Origin: Lama guanicoe
Taxonomy: Eukaryota
Assembly (NCBI GenBank): GCA_013239625.1
Contig: MU054323.1
Coordinates: 6,127,220-6,191,219, forward strand
Reading direction: 5' to 3'
Length of the DNA stretch: 64,000 bases
Every line of letters starts with the position of its first letter. Position 1 is the stretch's first letter. Below, piece after piece: positions 29,165 to 42,576 of this stretch. The translations under genes were made by a program, and so were the position numbers. The notes under the pieces were generated by a model. It was given only the letters and a program-made list of their open reading frames with translations. It was not told the origin of the DNA and ran no database searches.

Positions 29165-30360
29165 CATTCCTTCAGTATACAAACATGCTCAGTTTTTTTT
29201 CCACTTTCATCAAAATCTTTTCATCAACCCTGTGTTCCTCTCTAGTTACGATCTCACTCCTTCCCTTTTTCCTGAAAACAACAAAGATCACCAACTGTCG
29301 TATCTACTGGCAATGTTTTAGTATATATTTCATTGGTATCCACTAAAGCATTTGATGCTGTTGTCCATCTTGAACATAAAATCATCTCCTCCTGTGACAC
29401 CACTTTTGGCTATCCTGCTTTTGAGAAACTATGATCAGTCACCTTTGTGAGAGACCTCTTCTAGTGCTGTTTAAACACCACTGTTCCTCTATGTACCATT
29501 TTCATTCTGCTTTGAAGCACTGCCTAAGTGGTCTAATTTCACACTCACAGTTTGAATAACACTTATGGCAGCTAACCCCTACAGTCTCCAGCTCTGAACT
29601 GTCCTAAGCTTTAGATATATCCGAATATCTGTTGGACCTAGATGTCAAAATGTCCAACACTGCACTCACTCCAGATATGCTACTCTCTCCTGTTCGTTCT
29701 CAGTTAATAGTGCTACTAATCTAGCTGATTATCCAGGCAGAAACCTAAGTGCAATTCCAGGCTCCTGCTTTATCCTCATCCCCAAAATGCAATCATTCAG
29801 TCCTAATGAGCTTACCTCTACATTTTCTAAAAACTGTCCCTTTCTCACCACCCCTACCACAATTTCCCTAGTTCAGATCTACAGCATCTCTCACCTGGAA
29901 TGCAAGAGAGGCAAATAAAGTCCTTGTTGACCTCTCATACTACGTTTTTCTTCAACTTGCTTTAAAATAAAGCAAACTAGAAGTGCACATAGTTGCCTGA
30001 ACTTAACATGTTTGCCTCTGTTTCTACACTGTTCCTTCTGCCTGTAATGTTCTCCTCTAATTTTTTTACTACACATATTCCTTCATTTTTTAGATGCTGT
30101 TAGAATATCATATCCACCAGAAAAATCTTCCATGAATTCCTAGGTGACTTAAGTTCCCTTCCTTTATGCTCCAACAGCACCTCAACTAAACCATTATTAC
30201 TGCATTTACTTAATTTAAAACATGTATTTTTCCCTCTTACTATGTCTTCTTCTACTGAATATTTATTTGCAAGGGCAGGGGGCTGTTTCACCTAGCTTTT
30301 TAACTCCCATGCCTAGCACACACTTGGAATATGACAGGTAGTCAACATATCTTGTTGAAA
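29165..30360 (+). mobile_element. L2 LINE fragment
   Basis: L2-like body and tail gcctagcacac...caacatatcttgttgaa. Confidence 0.6.
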
Positions 30361-31699
30361 GAGAGTAGTTATTTTCCATTTGGTATATATCTGTCAAATT
30401 AATATTTCTAAAGCTCCATTTTCAACATGCCATGGTGCTGTTCACATGATAAAGTACAAATATCTTAAGCCTGGTCCTCTATAACAAGATCCGCAAACTA
30501 CCTATATAGCTTTATCATCCACTATATTTCCTTATATATGTATTTTTAATTTTAAGCCAGTCTACTAACAGTCTTCCAAAACCTCCCCTACCTCCACAAA
30601 ATACTACAACCCATAAAAATGTTGGCCTATTAAATTCAATACTTACTTAGCAACTCAATAGCAATTAATCCACAATGCTGTATGACACTAAAAGCACTGT
30701 AATAGATACCTGGATAGAATGGTCACACTCCCAAGTTCCTTATCTCCAGCAAATGACTAGTAGAGGAAAGGCCAAGGTATCTTTTTGTTTAACTTGTAAA
30801 AGACATCACAGAAGAAAAACACTGAACTTTTTCTGCTATACTCACCTTTTTCCCTCCAGTCCAGGCTTCTTTCATCTTTCTTAGTTTGAAGCTCATCGGG
30901 AACGAAGAGGAAAGGATTAGCTAATATAAGACTTCCTTCCCCGAAGCCATGCTTCTTCTGTTAAACAAAACACTAAGCAGAAAAAGTTCTAGACAGCTGG
31001 AATTTCATAAAGAAATAAAAAGAATTTCAGTAAGAAAATCAGGGTGTCTTATGACCTTTAGTGTGTAGCCTCTTAGACCTGCCACATCAGCCATTAATGG
31101 TAGAGATCATTAACCCAAATGGTCCTACACAGACCAATATACCAATCGTTTCTGTTTCTGCAACAAGAGTGCTGTCAGGAGAAAACTTAGCATTAATACA
31201 AGTCAAAGAAACAGTAAAACCTGACTCCATCACCTCTAAGCGCTCACTCTGAAGATAACTGCTGCCCCTAAAGCGGGGAGAAGCCACCAGTGCAAAATCT
31301 TCCAAAGAACACTACTTCCCTCTGATTTCTTGGACCTAATACATTAGCCTAATGAAAGGAAAATGAGGTTAGGAGGGCAGAGGCGGGAGCAAACCAGGAG
31401 CACATGTGATTACTCAAATATCTCAAAACGATTTGTAAAAATAATCCCCAAATGAAGGCATTCCTTCTAAGAGATTTCTGTTGGGACAACCAACCAAACC
31501 ACAAAGTTTCAGGGTCAGTTCTTACAAGAATAGAGAATATTAAAGTAGCCAATACTTACCCACCTTTGTATTTATTATTTCTAATCTATACAATTCTTTC
31601 AGGTGTCCTGGCTGGACGGTTTCATAAGTGAACCCCAAATGTTATTATCTTTAGCTTTTTTCCTGTTGGGCTGATGGTATTTCCCAGAGAAGGCTCTGC

Positions 31700-33000
31700 T
31701 ACTCTCCTATCTGGAGAGTCTTGTCCTACTTTCTGAAAGCAGCTTTTTAAGTGTCCCACTCTTACACATGAACAGATAGCAAAGAATTACCAAACATTTT
31801 TTTTAAAGGCTGTAATACTAAACAGGGGCTAAAACAAAAAGGGAAAAGCAGCTTGGAAGAGAGTCCATGCAGGCAGAAAAAACTAAGTAAGAAAAAATAA
31901 TTATTAACATCCTCAGAGAGAAGAGTTGATTTTGCATCCGTGCAACAAGAACAAAATGATACTTTAAAAAAATTTAAGGGAAAAAATAGCTTTAAAAAAT
32001 TACATACAGAAATAAAAATTGGGGAGGAAATGACACAATTTAGAGAACAAGCTAGGTGGGTCAGTATCTGAGTAACAGTAGTTCTAGAAATGGAGAACAA
32101 AGAAAACAAAGGGAAGCACATTATAAAGAAATAACTCAGGAAAATTTCTTAGAACTGAAGGACACGAATTTCCAGAGTGCAGAGGCCAATGGATGCTAGC
32201 CCACAGACACCCACCCAGACATGTCTGGGAAATTCCAGAATGTCAGGGAGAGTGAAGATTCTAAAAGCTTCAGGAAAGAGAAACAAAATCAGGAAAATGG
32301 GTCAAGGGTCAGAACAGCACTGGAATTCTCAAAAGCAACACAGGATATAAATGACAATTAGAAGAGAAAGGTGAAGGATGGCAGTGAAGGAGGTCTCAAG
32401 AAAATGACTATGCAAGACCTTGGTACACACCAATGCAAAATTGGCAAAGGCTAGAATGCTCCAGGAGACCTTGTCTCGAGATGGAATGCTAGCATATCTT
32501 ACATGTTTGAAGATACTAAAAAGGGTGTTGGACTGCTGGGGTTGAGTTTAGGGACAAGTAGTAGTTAATACATAGAAAACTAGGCAAATAACAACAAAGA
32601 CTTATTAAGCAAAAAGTGTACAGGGAAGGAAAACTAACCATAGTGTACTAAATAGTTCAGCTGTCCATAGTTTTCACATAGTCACAATAATGTAAAAACT
32701 GAGTAATGATGTAATGAAAATTATAACCAGCTGGGAGGGTAAGAAAACAAGACGTGTGGATGTGTTGGAGACAGATATGACTCTTCTCTTCCATGGTGGG
32801 AAAGCAAAAGACAATGGAAAAACTAGAAAAAGAAAAAGCAATCGTATAAGAATATTATTTAGAAACATAGAGATGCCTACCAAAATAGTTTCAGATGTTG
32901 AAAACAATTGGTCCTGAGGAAACTGTTTCTTTTTGTGGGGTTTATAATAAGCCTTCTAGAACTACTTTATTCTTCAAAGTACATACATACATACATGTTT
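31700..33000 (+). mobile_element. Old L1M fragments (ORF1-region-like)
   Basis: A-rich; aagaaataactcaggaaaatttcttagaactgaaggac resembles L1 ORF1 'EIIQENFPEL'. Confidence 0.5.
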
Positions 33001-33119
33001 CCAACTTAAAAATAAATTTTAAAGCAAGATTAAAATAATTTCATTTATAGTATTTAAAAAACCCAAACCATTTGTACGGATACATGCAAATGTAATATTT
33101 GTATAATTGAAGAAATAAT

Positions 33120-33360
33120 GATTAAAACTTACTGAACACTTACTATGTGCCTGGTGCTGTTCTAAGTGCTTTACATATGTTGACTCAAGTACATAGCCTT
33201 CACAATAACCACTGTGGGTTTAATGCTATCATTATCCCCCATCCTACACATAGACTGACGTGCAGACAGGTGAAGTAACTTGCAGCATGTCATGCAGCCA
33301 AGAATAACACAACCAGGATTCAAACTCAGTCAGCCTGGCTCCAGCACCCATACTATTATC
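33120..33360 (-). mobile_element. MIR SINE
   Basis: acttactatgtgcctgg...aggtgaagtaacttgc...ggattcaaactcag. Confidence 0.75.
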
Positions 33361-34334
33361 TTCTCAAATAACAACTTAAAAACATAGACAGGGAAGATGT
33401 TCATCAAAGGCATCAGTGTGGCTTCCTCTGGGGAAGAAAGAAAAGGAATGGGAGTGGGGAGGAGTAGAAAGCAAACTTCAACCCTATTGAGAATTTTTTT
33501 TCTTTAAAAAAGAATGAAAAAAATTATGATAAACTGTTAACATTTAATTCTAGACAGTGGGAACATGTACATTGTATTACTCTCTGCAGTATTCTGTAGT
33601 TTAAAAACTGTTTATTAATAAGGGTGAAAAATTATCTTTCACCTTAATGATAGGTCAGTTAAGAATCCAAGCTCTGAAACCACACAAGATGAATCCCAGT
33701 TAACACTCATTTGTTGTGTAACCTTGGGCAAATTGCTTAACCAACTCCTTATTTTAGTTTCCCCTTCTGTGAAGTGGAACCAACAACAGTTCTAACATCA
33801 GACAACTGCTGTGATAATTAAATGGTTAATTCTTAAAACAGTACCTAACACTCAGAAGTTTGCTATCACTACTACCATACTTCCTGTCATCCAAGCGTTG
33901 GCCACTATTAGATAACATCTTGTTTACTCTTTGCCCACTGAACTGTAAGCTCCAAGAGAACCAGGACCTTGCTGTCCTGTCCTCAGCTATAACTCTAATG
34001 CCAAGAACTGTGCTTGGCGAGTGGCAGTTGCTCAAAGAAATTTGTTGAATAAATTTTGACTTGTGGTGACACGGAACTGCTTGTACTTTCCCCTGCAGCT
34101 GTCATGCTGTTTCACTCCTCAGCCTGCGCTTCTATTGTTCCTTCCCCTTGGAGACGTTGTCTATTCTGATGCTTCAGCTCAGGCGTCAGTTTTCCCAGGA
34201 AAGCTTCTTCGAGGTTGGGCTACATGCTCCTCCTCCGTACACCTAACAGTGCCTTATGCAGAGCTCAACAGTAACATGTGCTCTATCATACTGAAATGAT
34301 GTGTGTGCGTCTGTCTGTCCACACAAGAAGTCAA

Positions 34335-34540
34335 GCATAGTAGTTAAGAGCATCAATTCTGGAGTCAGTCGGCCCGAATTGGAATCCTGGCTGTGTGACC
34401 CTGGGCAAATTACTTCATGTTTCACTTTCCTGATCTGTAAAGTGAGGATAATAAGAACAATTATAACGTTCTCACAGGATTAAAATAGTGTCTATTCGTA
34501 TTTGTGAAACACAGAACAGTCCCTGGCACCTAGTAAATAT
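34335..34540 (+). mobile_element. MIR SINE
   Basis: agcatagtagttaagagc...ctgtgtgaccctgggcaaattactt...atctgtaaagtgaggataata. Confidence 0.8.
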
Positions 34541-36244
34541 GATATTAAATATGTTATAAAAAACCTCATTGAAGGCAGACACAATGCCTTGCCCATGTTT
34601 ACATTCCCTCAAATTGATGACTTTTACGCTAGTCCAAACAAAAGGATTAGTGCCCAAACTAAGTCAGCTGCAATAAAGATAGAGAAAGGTGATGGATATG
34701 AGACATGTTTAGAGTAGGGGAAAAAAAATCAACTGAATGTGCTGCATTTTAGAATAAGATACACCATAAAGAAGATAAAATTTAGGATGACAGGATTTGG
34801 ATACTTGATGAGTATGGTTCCATTCACAAGATGGAGAATATAAGAAAAGCAAAAAGGAGAGTTCTTGGCAAATTTTTAACAAAATGTTTCATTCAATGCT
34901 TAAAGAGAGAAAAACACTTAAAAAAAAAATTTTTTTGAATCCTGATCAACCATGAGAGAAATCTGGCACATTACATGTAAAAGAATTTAAGTTCCATGAA
35001 GACAGGGACTTTGTTTTGTTTGCTGCTTTATTTCCAGCTCCATCAACATTGCCTGGCATATAGTAGGAACTTCCTATATATTTATTGAATCTACAAAAGG
35101 ATCATTTAGATAAATTTCAGCTTTCTATATCAATTAAACCAAAAAAATTAAGCATTGAACAGTCAAACATTGCTTTAAATTCCTACAAGAAATATAAAAT
35201 ATGATACTTCCCTTGTATCCCCTTTCCTACATGAATAAATTACTAAGTTTTACATAACATTAGTAATTTACTATGTTACACAGTACAAAATACAGCTAAG
35301 CTCTCAGAAGGAACGATATAGTAAGGGAGATTTATTGGTATAGAATCTATGCCCAGTCCTGAAATATGGGCAAGATTTCAACAGGTGAAGATAAAGATAC
35401 CCCAGGGTGACTGGTATGGATAAAGTGATATGATACAGTATGAAAGGTCATAAGAAACTAAGAAGAAACTAAGTTTTGGTAAAGTGGGGCTAGACTCTAG
35501 AAAAGCCAGATAGAGGCTTATCTAAACACTCAGATAAAATTTTTAAAAATCTTGTTTCCCAGGTTTACCGTTACCAGTCTTTTGATAGATATACACAACC
35601 ACAAGTAAAAATTATACAACTTGCAAAATCAAGAAAAACAAAGTCTTACATAAATTCTACCAGCTCCTTTTCACTGTGATTCCCAAACAGAGAGAGAGAG
35701 AAGAAAGTTAAAGATTTATATTGAGGAAGATTAGTATACTAACCTTGGGACATGAAAAGGTAGCTCATGATAGCAGAAACATGAGCAGTCTAAAGCTAAG
35801 AACATCTATTCACGTAAAGCAACAAGCCTCTCAAAATTCTGGTATGAAATCTCTTTCCATATTTAAATTCCATGTATTGTTCAAAATATGCTGGTAATCA
35901 CCTGATCAAAGAGAAAACACTATAAAATAAATGAACCATACTACTTGATCGTCTGTTGCAGCATAGTCTTCCAATTAGAAAAGCAAATTCCAGAAGTAAT
36001 CCATTTGCTTCTATACAACATATTTTAGACAATCTTCAACTGAAATTAAAACCACACTTTCTCAACAAAAGAACTTACAGTTAAAAAATACTGAGGGCTA
36101 CTAAAATATAAATGAATCATATTAACAAGATTTTTGGGGTGCTTAATAAGCATCAATATGCCTTAGCTGCAGAACAGATGAATTCAGCTTGAAAAGTAGC
36201 ATTGCATTTGCAGCCAACAGTAATCATAATTAAGCTAAAGAAAG

Positions 36245-39200
36245 ACATGTTTTTCTTGTCATCTTTATTCAAGTATTTCACAGCAGTTATATTACAAATT
36301 ACAGTAAATGTTCAAAATTCCAGAATTCAAAAATTAAATAATTTACTTCGAACTAATGTAAAATGAAGTCAAATGCAAAACATCAATTTAACACAATTCT
36401 AAATTAAACTACAAACCCAAAATAGACCATAGTTGATGAAGTCTACTTAATCTACAAAGCAGACATACATGACTGAAACCAAAGAGGACTCCCAAAGTCT
36501 AAATAACCGAATGTACAAAATATAAAAGATGCAGGTACAAGTCCAAATTCAAGCTTACAATGTGATTACAAATAATAATTATAATAACAATGGCATTCAG
36601 CTACGGGACCTGACACTGAAGATACCTACTGAATAGCACCATAGCTGAACCAACTTAATCAAAAAAATGGGAAGATATTACCACCCCACTCCCTAAAAAT
36701 AAAATCCAGTAAACCTACAAATACATTGGCATATGAGAAAAATCAAGTCATGAAAGGACATAAAACAAAAAAATTAATCACAGGTGAAATTCAAGCTCAA
36801 AAACACAATTAACTCCACAGCCATCAGTTTCAACCCTAGTGCGGTTCCATCATCTTCAAAAGGCTCCTATGGTCCCCACAGCTGAATATTAACTATTGTT
36901 GGGCTGTGCTGTGATACGTATTTTAGTGATCTGAGAGCAAGGTTTTACACAGGAGCTTATCATTTATAGTGCTCACAATAGGAAATAAGAACAGAGGTCA
37001 ATTTGTACATATTTTTGCCAATGCTATACAGCAAAAATTAAGAACTTACAGAAAGGTAAACAAAATTGAGTCCGCTTGAATAATTTCACAAGCTGCTTTA
37101 AACTATAGAACCACCAGATATCTGTAAAATAAGCAGAACTAGTTTGGTGTTTCTTTTAAAAAGGCCAGAGGAGTTGGTACAATTTCGGCTCATTTTTCTC
37201 CCCCTGGCATTAGATTGGCTTTCTCTTTAAGACCTAAACTGTTCAAAGTGGCAGTTCCTATCATACTGAGGTTGCCTTCTATTTCTCCATCTATCTCAAG
37301 GTTAAAATTATAAAACTTGATCTTTTGGAAGCATTTTAATGCTGAACATAAATCAACTTCCCTTGTCAAACTCACTGATGGCTAAAATTGTACAAATTTA
37401 GTAACCTACTAAGAACATGTGCATTTTTTTTCCTTTCACAAGTGCTGCTGTTACTTGAACAGAATGCTTCTGAATTAGAGTAACTGGAATAAATATTTAA
37501 AGAAAAATAGTGCAGCAAGAACCTGAGACTTGCAAAAAACCCTTTTACCAGAAACTTGCTACAAAAAATCTGCTACATCTTATTTCATCAAATCTTAAAT
37601 TCTGTAACAATTTCCATCAAAATACAAAATGCTAATGTATTAGACAGTAAAATAGCCTGAACTGGTATGATGGTAATAAATACTAAAGAAAGCATGAAAA
37701 TCCTCCCAATAATCAAATTAGAGGTTTCAAATAACCTCCCCTTTAAAATTGGTTCATCGTTAATCGCACTTGCCCACCTTAAAAATACAGTGTGTCTACA
37801 TCGGTAGCATCTTGAATTATATGACTAACTGAATATTATGAAAACTTCATAGACAGGTATAAAGAAAACAAGTGGCATTATTTAAAAATTAAGCTAGAAT
37901 TAGAAGGCGTAAAAGTTCATGTAAATGCAAAGAAGCACTTAAGATTACTGCAGTAGCCTTGGCCAAAGTGCGCTTTCTGCGCTGGCATCCAGCACACTAC
38001 AAACAGCCAGAGACGAGGAGACAAATACCTTAGCTTCAACATGTAAACGGTGGCGAAGTGAATACAGAATTCTGTAAACACTGTTGGTAACTAAAATACA
38101 AAAAGCTGAGGTAGCTCAGTATCTCTGCAGTAGTCCAAGACCGTTTGCTCTAATTAAAACCCAAACTACATGTGTTGCATATATTGGAAAGACACACCTG
38201 CAGCCAATGGCTATCATGGATGAAGATATCAAGCCAACTTGTCAAAATTTTCTACTTTTTTGTTTAAAAATCATCTGATAAAAAAATGTCACTGCACTCC
38301 CTTTGCCTCTTTGCAACTGCCTAGACTGTGTCTCCAAATCTGTAGAAAGTTTTTGTAAAACTAGTAACCCATAATTAATTTTAGATAAGTACAAGTCACA
38401 GAAATTGCTCAACAAGATTCAAAACGGGTTCCAATCCAAATGAATAGTTGTGAAGGTAAGCTTATGGTAAGGGATTTAAACATTAATACTGTTATTTAAG
38501 GACCATACCAGAGCTCACTTGCAACTATGAACATAGAAAATGAATTTTATGGAGCTTCTGACAAATTCCTCTTTTCTGTCCATTTGGCAAGTCCTGGCTT
38601 TAAACCAAAACAGTAACAATTTATTATACATGAAAATCATTCTTCTCTGGGAACTCAAACATGAATAACTATTAAATCGCCATTGACAGAAGAAAACAGG
38701 ATACTGCTATCTATTTTCTGGCCATCACTGTCATCAATACCAAAAGTGTGTGGGGTTTTTTGGTGGACTGTATATTATTTGCTGTTGTTGTTGTTTTATT
38801 ACGTTTCTTAAACAGAAACGGACCATACAGGAAAACTTACCATTTTAGTATATTATGTGGCTTAACACGTGTCTTGATTGAGTTCTGAACATAAGACAGG
38901 CATTTTACACCAAAACACTGATTGCGTCTTGATGACACAGAGCATCAAAACTGATTTCCAAGGTTGTGACCAAAGAAAACATTCTAATTCACTTGCTACA
39001 AACAAGCCCATCCTCGTGTTTAGCCTTATCTTTCTCAAATGAATTAAAAAGGCACATTAAAGGCAGTTCTAAAGAGCCTAATCTAATTTTATCCAGTTTC
39101 TTCAATTTCCCACCAGAATATACCATAGCCAGCTTTAAAACAGGTTTCAGTCCATTACCCAGAGGAGAAAATAAAAATAAATGATAAAGGGGTAGAAAGG

Positions 39201-39626
39201 AAGAAGGGGGAGAAAAAAAACAGGTTGCCCACTATTTAAACAATTCAACACAGTTTGAACTGCCCCATCCAGTTTCCTCATGTTTGCTGGTCTGCTCCCT
39301 AAGAGAGAAGTCTCTAGAAGAGAGTGCACAAAAAGAGGAGCAGAAGTGAGAGCAGTTTCTGTAGCACCAAAATCTCCAATCTGTGGGGTTGTATTTTTTA
39401 TTTGTGGAAAATACAACATGTTTTCTGAAGTTCTGTTTGGTTCTTGTAGGCTGGTTGGTTTCAGGTACCTGAGACAATAGCACCAAATTCAACAGAGAAA
39501 GAATGAGTGAGAGAGCACTTTACACCAAGGCTCTGCACGTAATTGGTGCAATTTGAAATTGAATGGCTCAGAAGACTGCTCGGTTAGGAGCAGATTGGAG
39601 GGGATAAACCAATCATCTTGAAAGGT
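36245..39626 (-). other. ATAD2B: ATAD2B 3'UTR (end approximate)
   Basis: About 3.4 kb of repeat-free AT-rich sequence after the stop, many miRNA seed sites, ending near a minus-strand AATAAA. Confidence 0.75.
36264..36269 (-). terminator. Probable ATAD2B polyadenylation signal
   Basis: tttatt on + (AATAAA on -), followed on - by a CA and a U-rich tract (catgtctttcttt). Confidence 0.65.
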
Positions 39627-39668
39627 TCATAGGAATGTCTCAAACATATGAACTGTTCTTTCCATTTC
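39627..39668 (-). CDS. ATAD2B: ATAD2B last coding exon
   Basis: cccttatag| acceptor; EMERTVHMFETFL then TGA. Confidence 0.93.
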   Translation of the reverse strand, partial: EMERTVHMFETFL

Positions 39669-40685
39669 CTATAAGGGAAAAAAAAAGTATGTGTTATCTA
39701 TTAAAGGAAAGACAAAAATATTATGGGAAAATTCACTTCAAATTAACTTTAGAGAAAGAATTTTAGATACAAAGTTAAGCTTTAAATATACTCCTGATTA
39801 CAATACCATAGCTACTGTGTAAGACTGTCTACCCTAGACACTTCCAAATGCCTCCTGCTTTATATTTAGGCTAATGAGGATGATACTAGTAACACTCAAT
39901 GAATACTTATTATGCCAGATATTCTACTAAGAAAAAAAAATATATATATATACACATACACAGTTTGCTAATTTAAAACAAAGAAAAAGGCCAGAAAGAC
40001 TCAATGCCATCACCACCAGGAATGCCACTCACAGGTGTTTCTGCTATAGATGCCTTCGATCTTTTAAATGAGGCCCCTAGATTACAGGGTTCCAAGACAC
40101 ATACTGAAAGATGTTTCACTGCTGAAGAGTATTCAACCCATTCAAGCTAATCTAATGTCAACTATCTGAACAAAGAAGTTCTAGAATAAAAAAAGTAAAA
40201 GAACTCTACCTCACACATTACTTTCGGATGGACAAATGTCAAATATGTGTGAGACATTTGGTTTTCCTTTAGACACTTAAAACACTTCCAAAGAAATTAT
40301 ATTCTACATCTCTAGAGAACTAATAGACCATACTAACAGATTATCATCTGATCAAAAAGTTCTTATAAGTAATCAATCAAAATCACTCCTGTTAAATGTT
40401 TCATCATATGTTACTGAACGGTAGAAAAGTTAGGTAATAAAACAGAATATACAATACTATCCCAATTTTTAAACATATATTCATGTTTATATACATAGGA
40501 TGTACATCTCAAATTGACATTGTTAAAAGATGGAAGATATTCCAAAAGATTAATACTGATGAGTTTTCTCTAAGTAGTAGGATATGAGTGATGTTTTTAT
40601 ATTCTCATTGTGCTTTCCTGTTATTTCTATATATTGTATAAGGACAATGCAAATTCATAAATGCTCTGTTGCTTTAAGTCCAATA

Positions 40686-41106
40686 CAGGCATACCCCAGA
40701 GATATTGCAGGTTTGGTTCCAGACAACCATAGTAAAGCAACTATCGCAATAAGTGACTCATACATTTTTTAGTTTACCAGTGCATATAAAAGTTATGTTC
40801 ACACTATACTGTAGTCTACTAAGTATGCAATGGCACTATGTCTAAAATATAACGTACATACCTTAATTAAAAAATACTTAGTTGCTTAAAAAAATGCTAT
40901 CATGTGAGTTGTAATCTTTTTACAATAATATCAAAGACCACTAATCACAGATCACCGTAACAAATATAATGAAAGTCTAAAATATTGCAACAATTACCAA
41001 AATGTAACATAGAAACACAAAATGAGCAAATGCTGTTGGAAAATGGCACAGTGTTGCCACAAACCTTCAATGTAACATCTGCAAAGTGCAATACAGTACG
41101 GTATGC
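40686..41106. mobile_element. Internally deleted Tigger1-family (Tc1/mariner) DNA transposon
   Basis: TA then caggcatacc terminal repeat, gagatattgcaggtttggttccagac, and ggtatgc at the other end; no transposase ORF. Confidence 0.75.
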
Positions 41107-42016
41107 AAAACATTACATATGCAAAATAATCACATCCTCTGCATCTAAATCTTCAATATAATAGAAATGCTCCTTGAGAGCAGAGACTCTGTCTTCATTT
41201 TTTGCATCCCAAACACCTAGCACAGTGTCTGGAACTATAGGTACTCAATAAGTATTTAATAACTTGACCACCAGATAAGTGAACTAACAGGCAAATAAAC
41301 AAAAGGAATCTAATAAAGTCACTGAGCCATTTAATGAGTAGATGAGGAATTACATTTGCTCAGATGACCTCAAAAAGCAGAAGTGTGATGTAATGATGTA
41401 AATTATATGAGCAGAGATATAAGCTCGTAATTACAAAAAACTTTCTTATGGCCCAGTGTTGTCTCAAAAAGGAATGGTTCACCTCTAAAGGGTCTCAAGC
41501 ACAAGGCCAATCACCCCTTCATGTGGCTGTTTCATAGGACTAGATCTGACTAAATGAGTCAACTTTAAGTTCTCTTTCAACTATTACTAGAGTGGCCAAC
41601 AGATCTCATTGCTCATGCCAACTCCTTTTAATCAGTAGTGGCTACCTAGGAAGCAGTGGTAATACGAACTGTGAAGCCATGCTCACATTGAACAGGCCCA
41701 AGAGATATGCTTAACTCGTGATGTCAGTAATCAGCAAGGGAGGGGAGAACTGTAGCAGGCTACTCTGTGTATTTGCCAACCCAGAATCATGAATTTCTGT
41801 GTTTTAATAAACAAATAATCCCAAATTATTTCTGTCCTGAGACAAAATGGTACAGAGAGCCTATTTTTATAACTCTTAATAATTCTTCTAATCTTCAGTC
41901 TTCAAACCATTATTCAGTTACTTGGTGAAAGATACAGATTTAAAAAATGTTTAATTTTTCTCTGGGACAAGCAAAAGCAGATATTTGCTTACTCTACAGA
42001 TGAATTAAGCACTCAC

Positions 42017-42145
42017 CTCTACTAACTGTGATTTGTCATAATCTTTACGGTGACGGTAGATGCACTGACTAAGAAGAGAATATAATCTCTCAAGTTGATC
42101 AACTGCCAGATTGTTGCTTTTATCTACCAACAAATCAAGCAATTT
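42017..42145 (-). CDS. ATAD2B: ATAD2B penultimate coding exon (conserved C-terminal domain)
   Basis: catag| ... gag|gtgagt; KLLDLLVDKSNNLAVDQLERLYSLLSQCIYRHRKDYDKSQLVE; 129 nt, phase 0/0. Confidence 0.94.
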
Positions 42146-42448
42146 CTATGAAAAACCAAAAGAATAAAATAAAATTCAATTTCATTGTTCAAATTTAAAC
42201 AGTTTCATTCAAATGACTAGACAATAGATACCAGATGCTATGGTGTAATAGTGACACCTGAGTTTAGAAGATTCCAGGGCTTAGTTTATTACCAAGACCA
42301 TTCTCGTATTTCTAAAGCCCTCAAAACACACACAATTCTTTTTCGCTAGAAGCCCTAAAGCACTTATATTCCTAGGTTAAAGTGAGAGATGATCAAAACT
42401 AGTTTTATTTCCATTCATTTAAAATGGCCTAGGAACAGCTAAGCTTAC

Positions 42449-42576
42449 CTTCAGTCTCTCACGATCCACTATAAGAGGTGGCACAGGCTCAGACGGCTCT
42501 TCTGGAACCAGGTCCAGGCTTGTTGCTTTTGCCTGCTCTGAAATTAACTTACGATATTTCTTTACTTTAGAAGCAC
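42449..42576 (-). CDS. ATAD2B: ATAD2B coding exon
   Basis: tgtag| ... aag|gtaagc; GASKVKKYRKLISEQAKATSLDLVPEEPSEPVPPLIVDRERLK; 128 nt. Confidence 0.93.

Noticed and set aside
31087..31305. 72-aa minus-strand ORF near the candidate exon
   Set aside because: Non-ATG start, no recognisable homology, no bounding splice sites
31560..31662. Possible extra minus-strand exon with donor TGG|GTAAGT
   Set aside because: Acceptor lacks a pyrimidine tract and frame 0 hits a stop at codon 4; kept only as a site to glance at in RNA-seq
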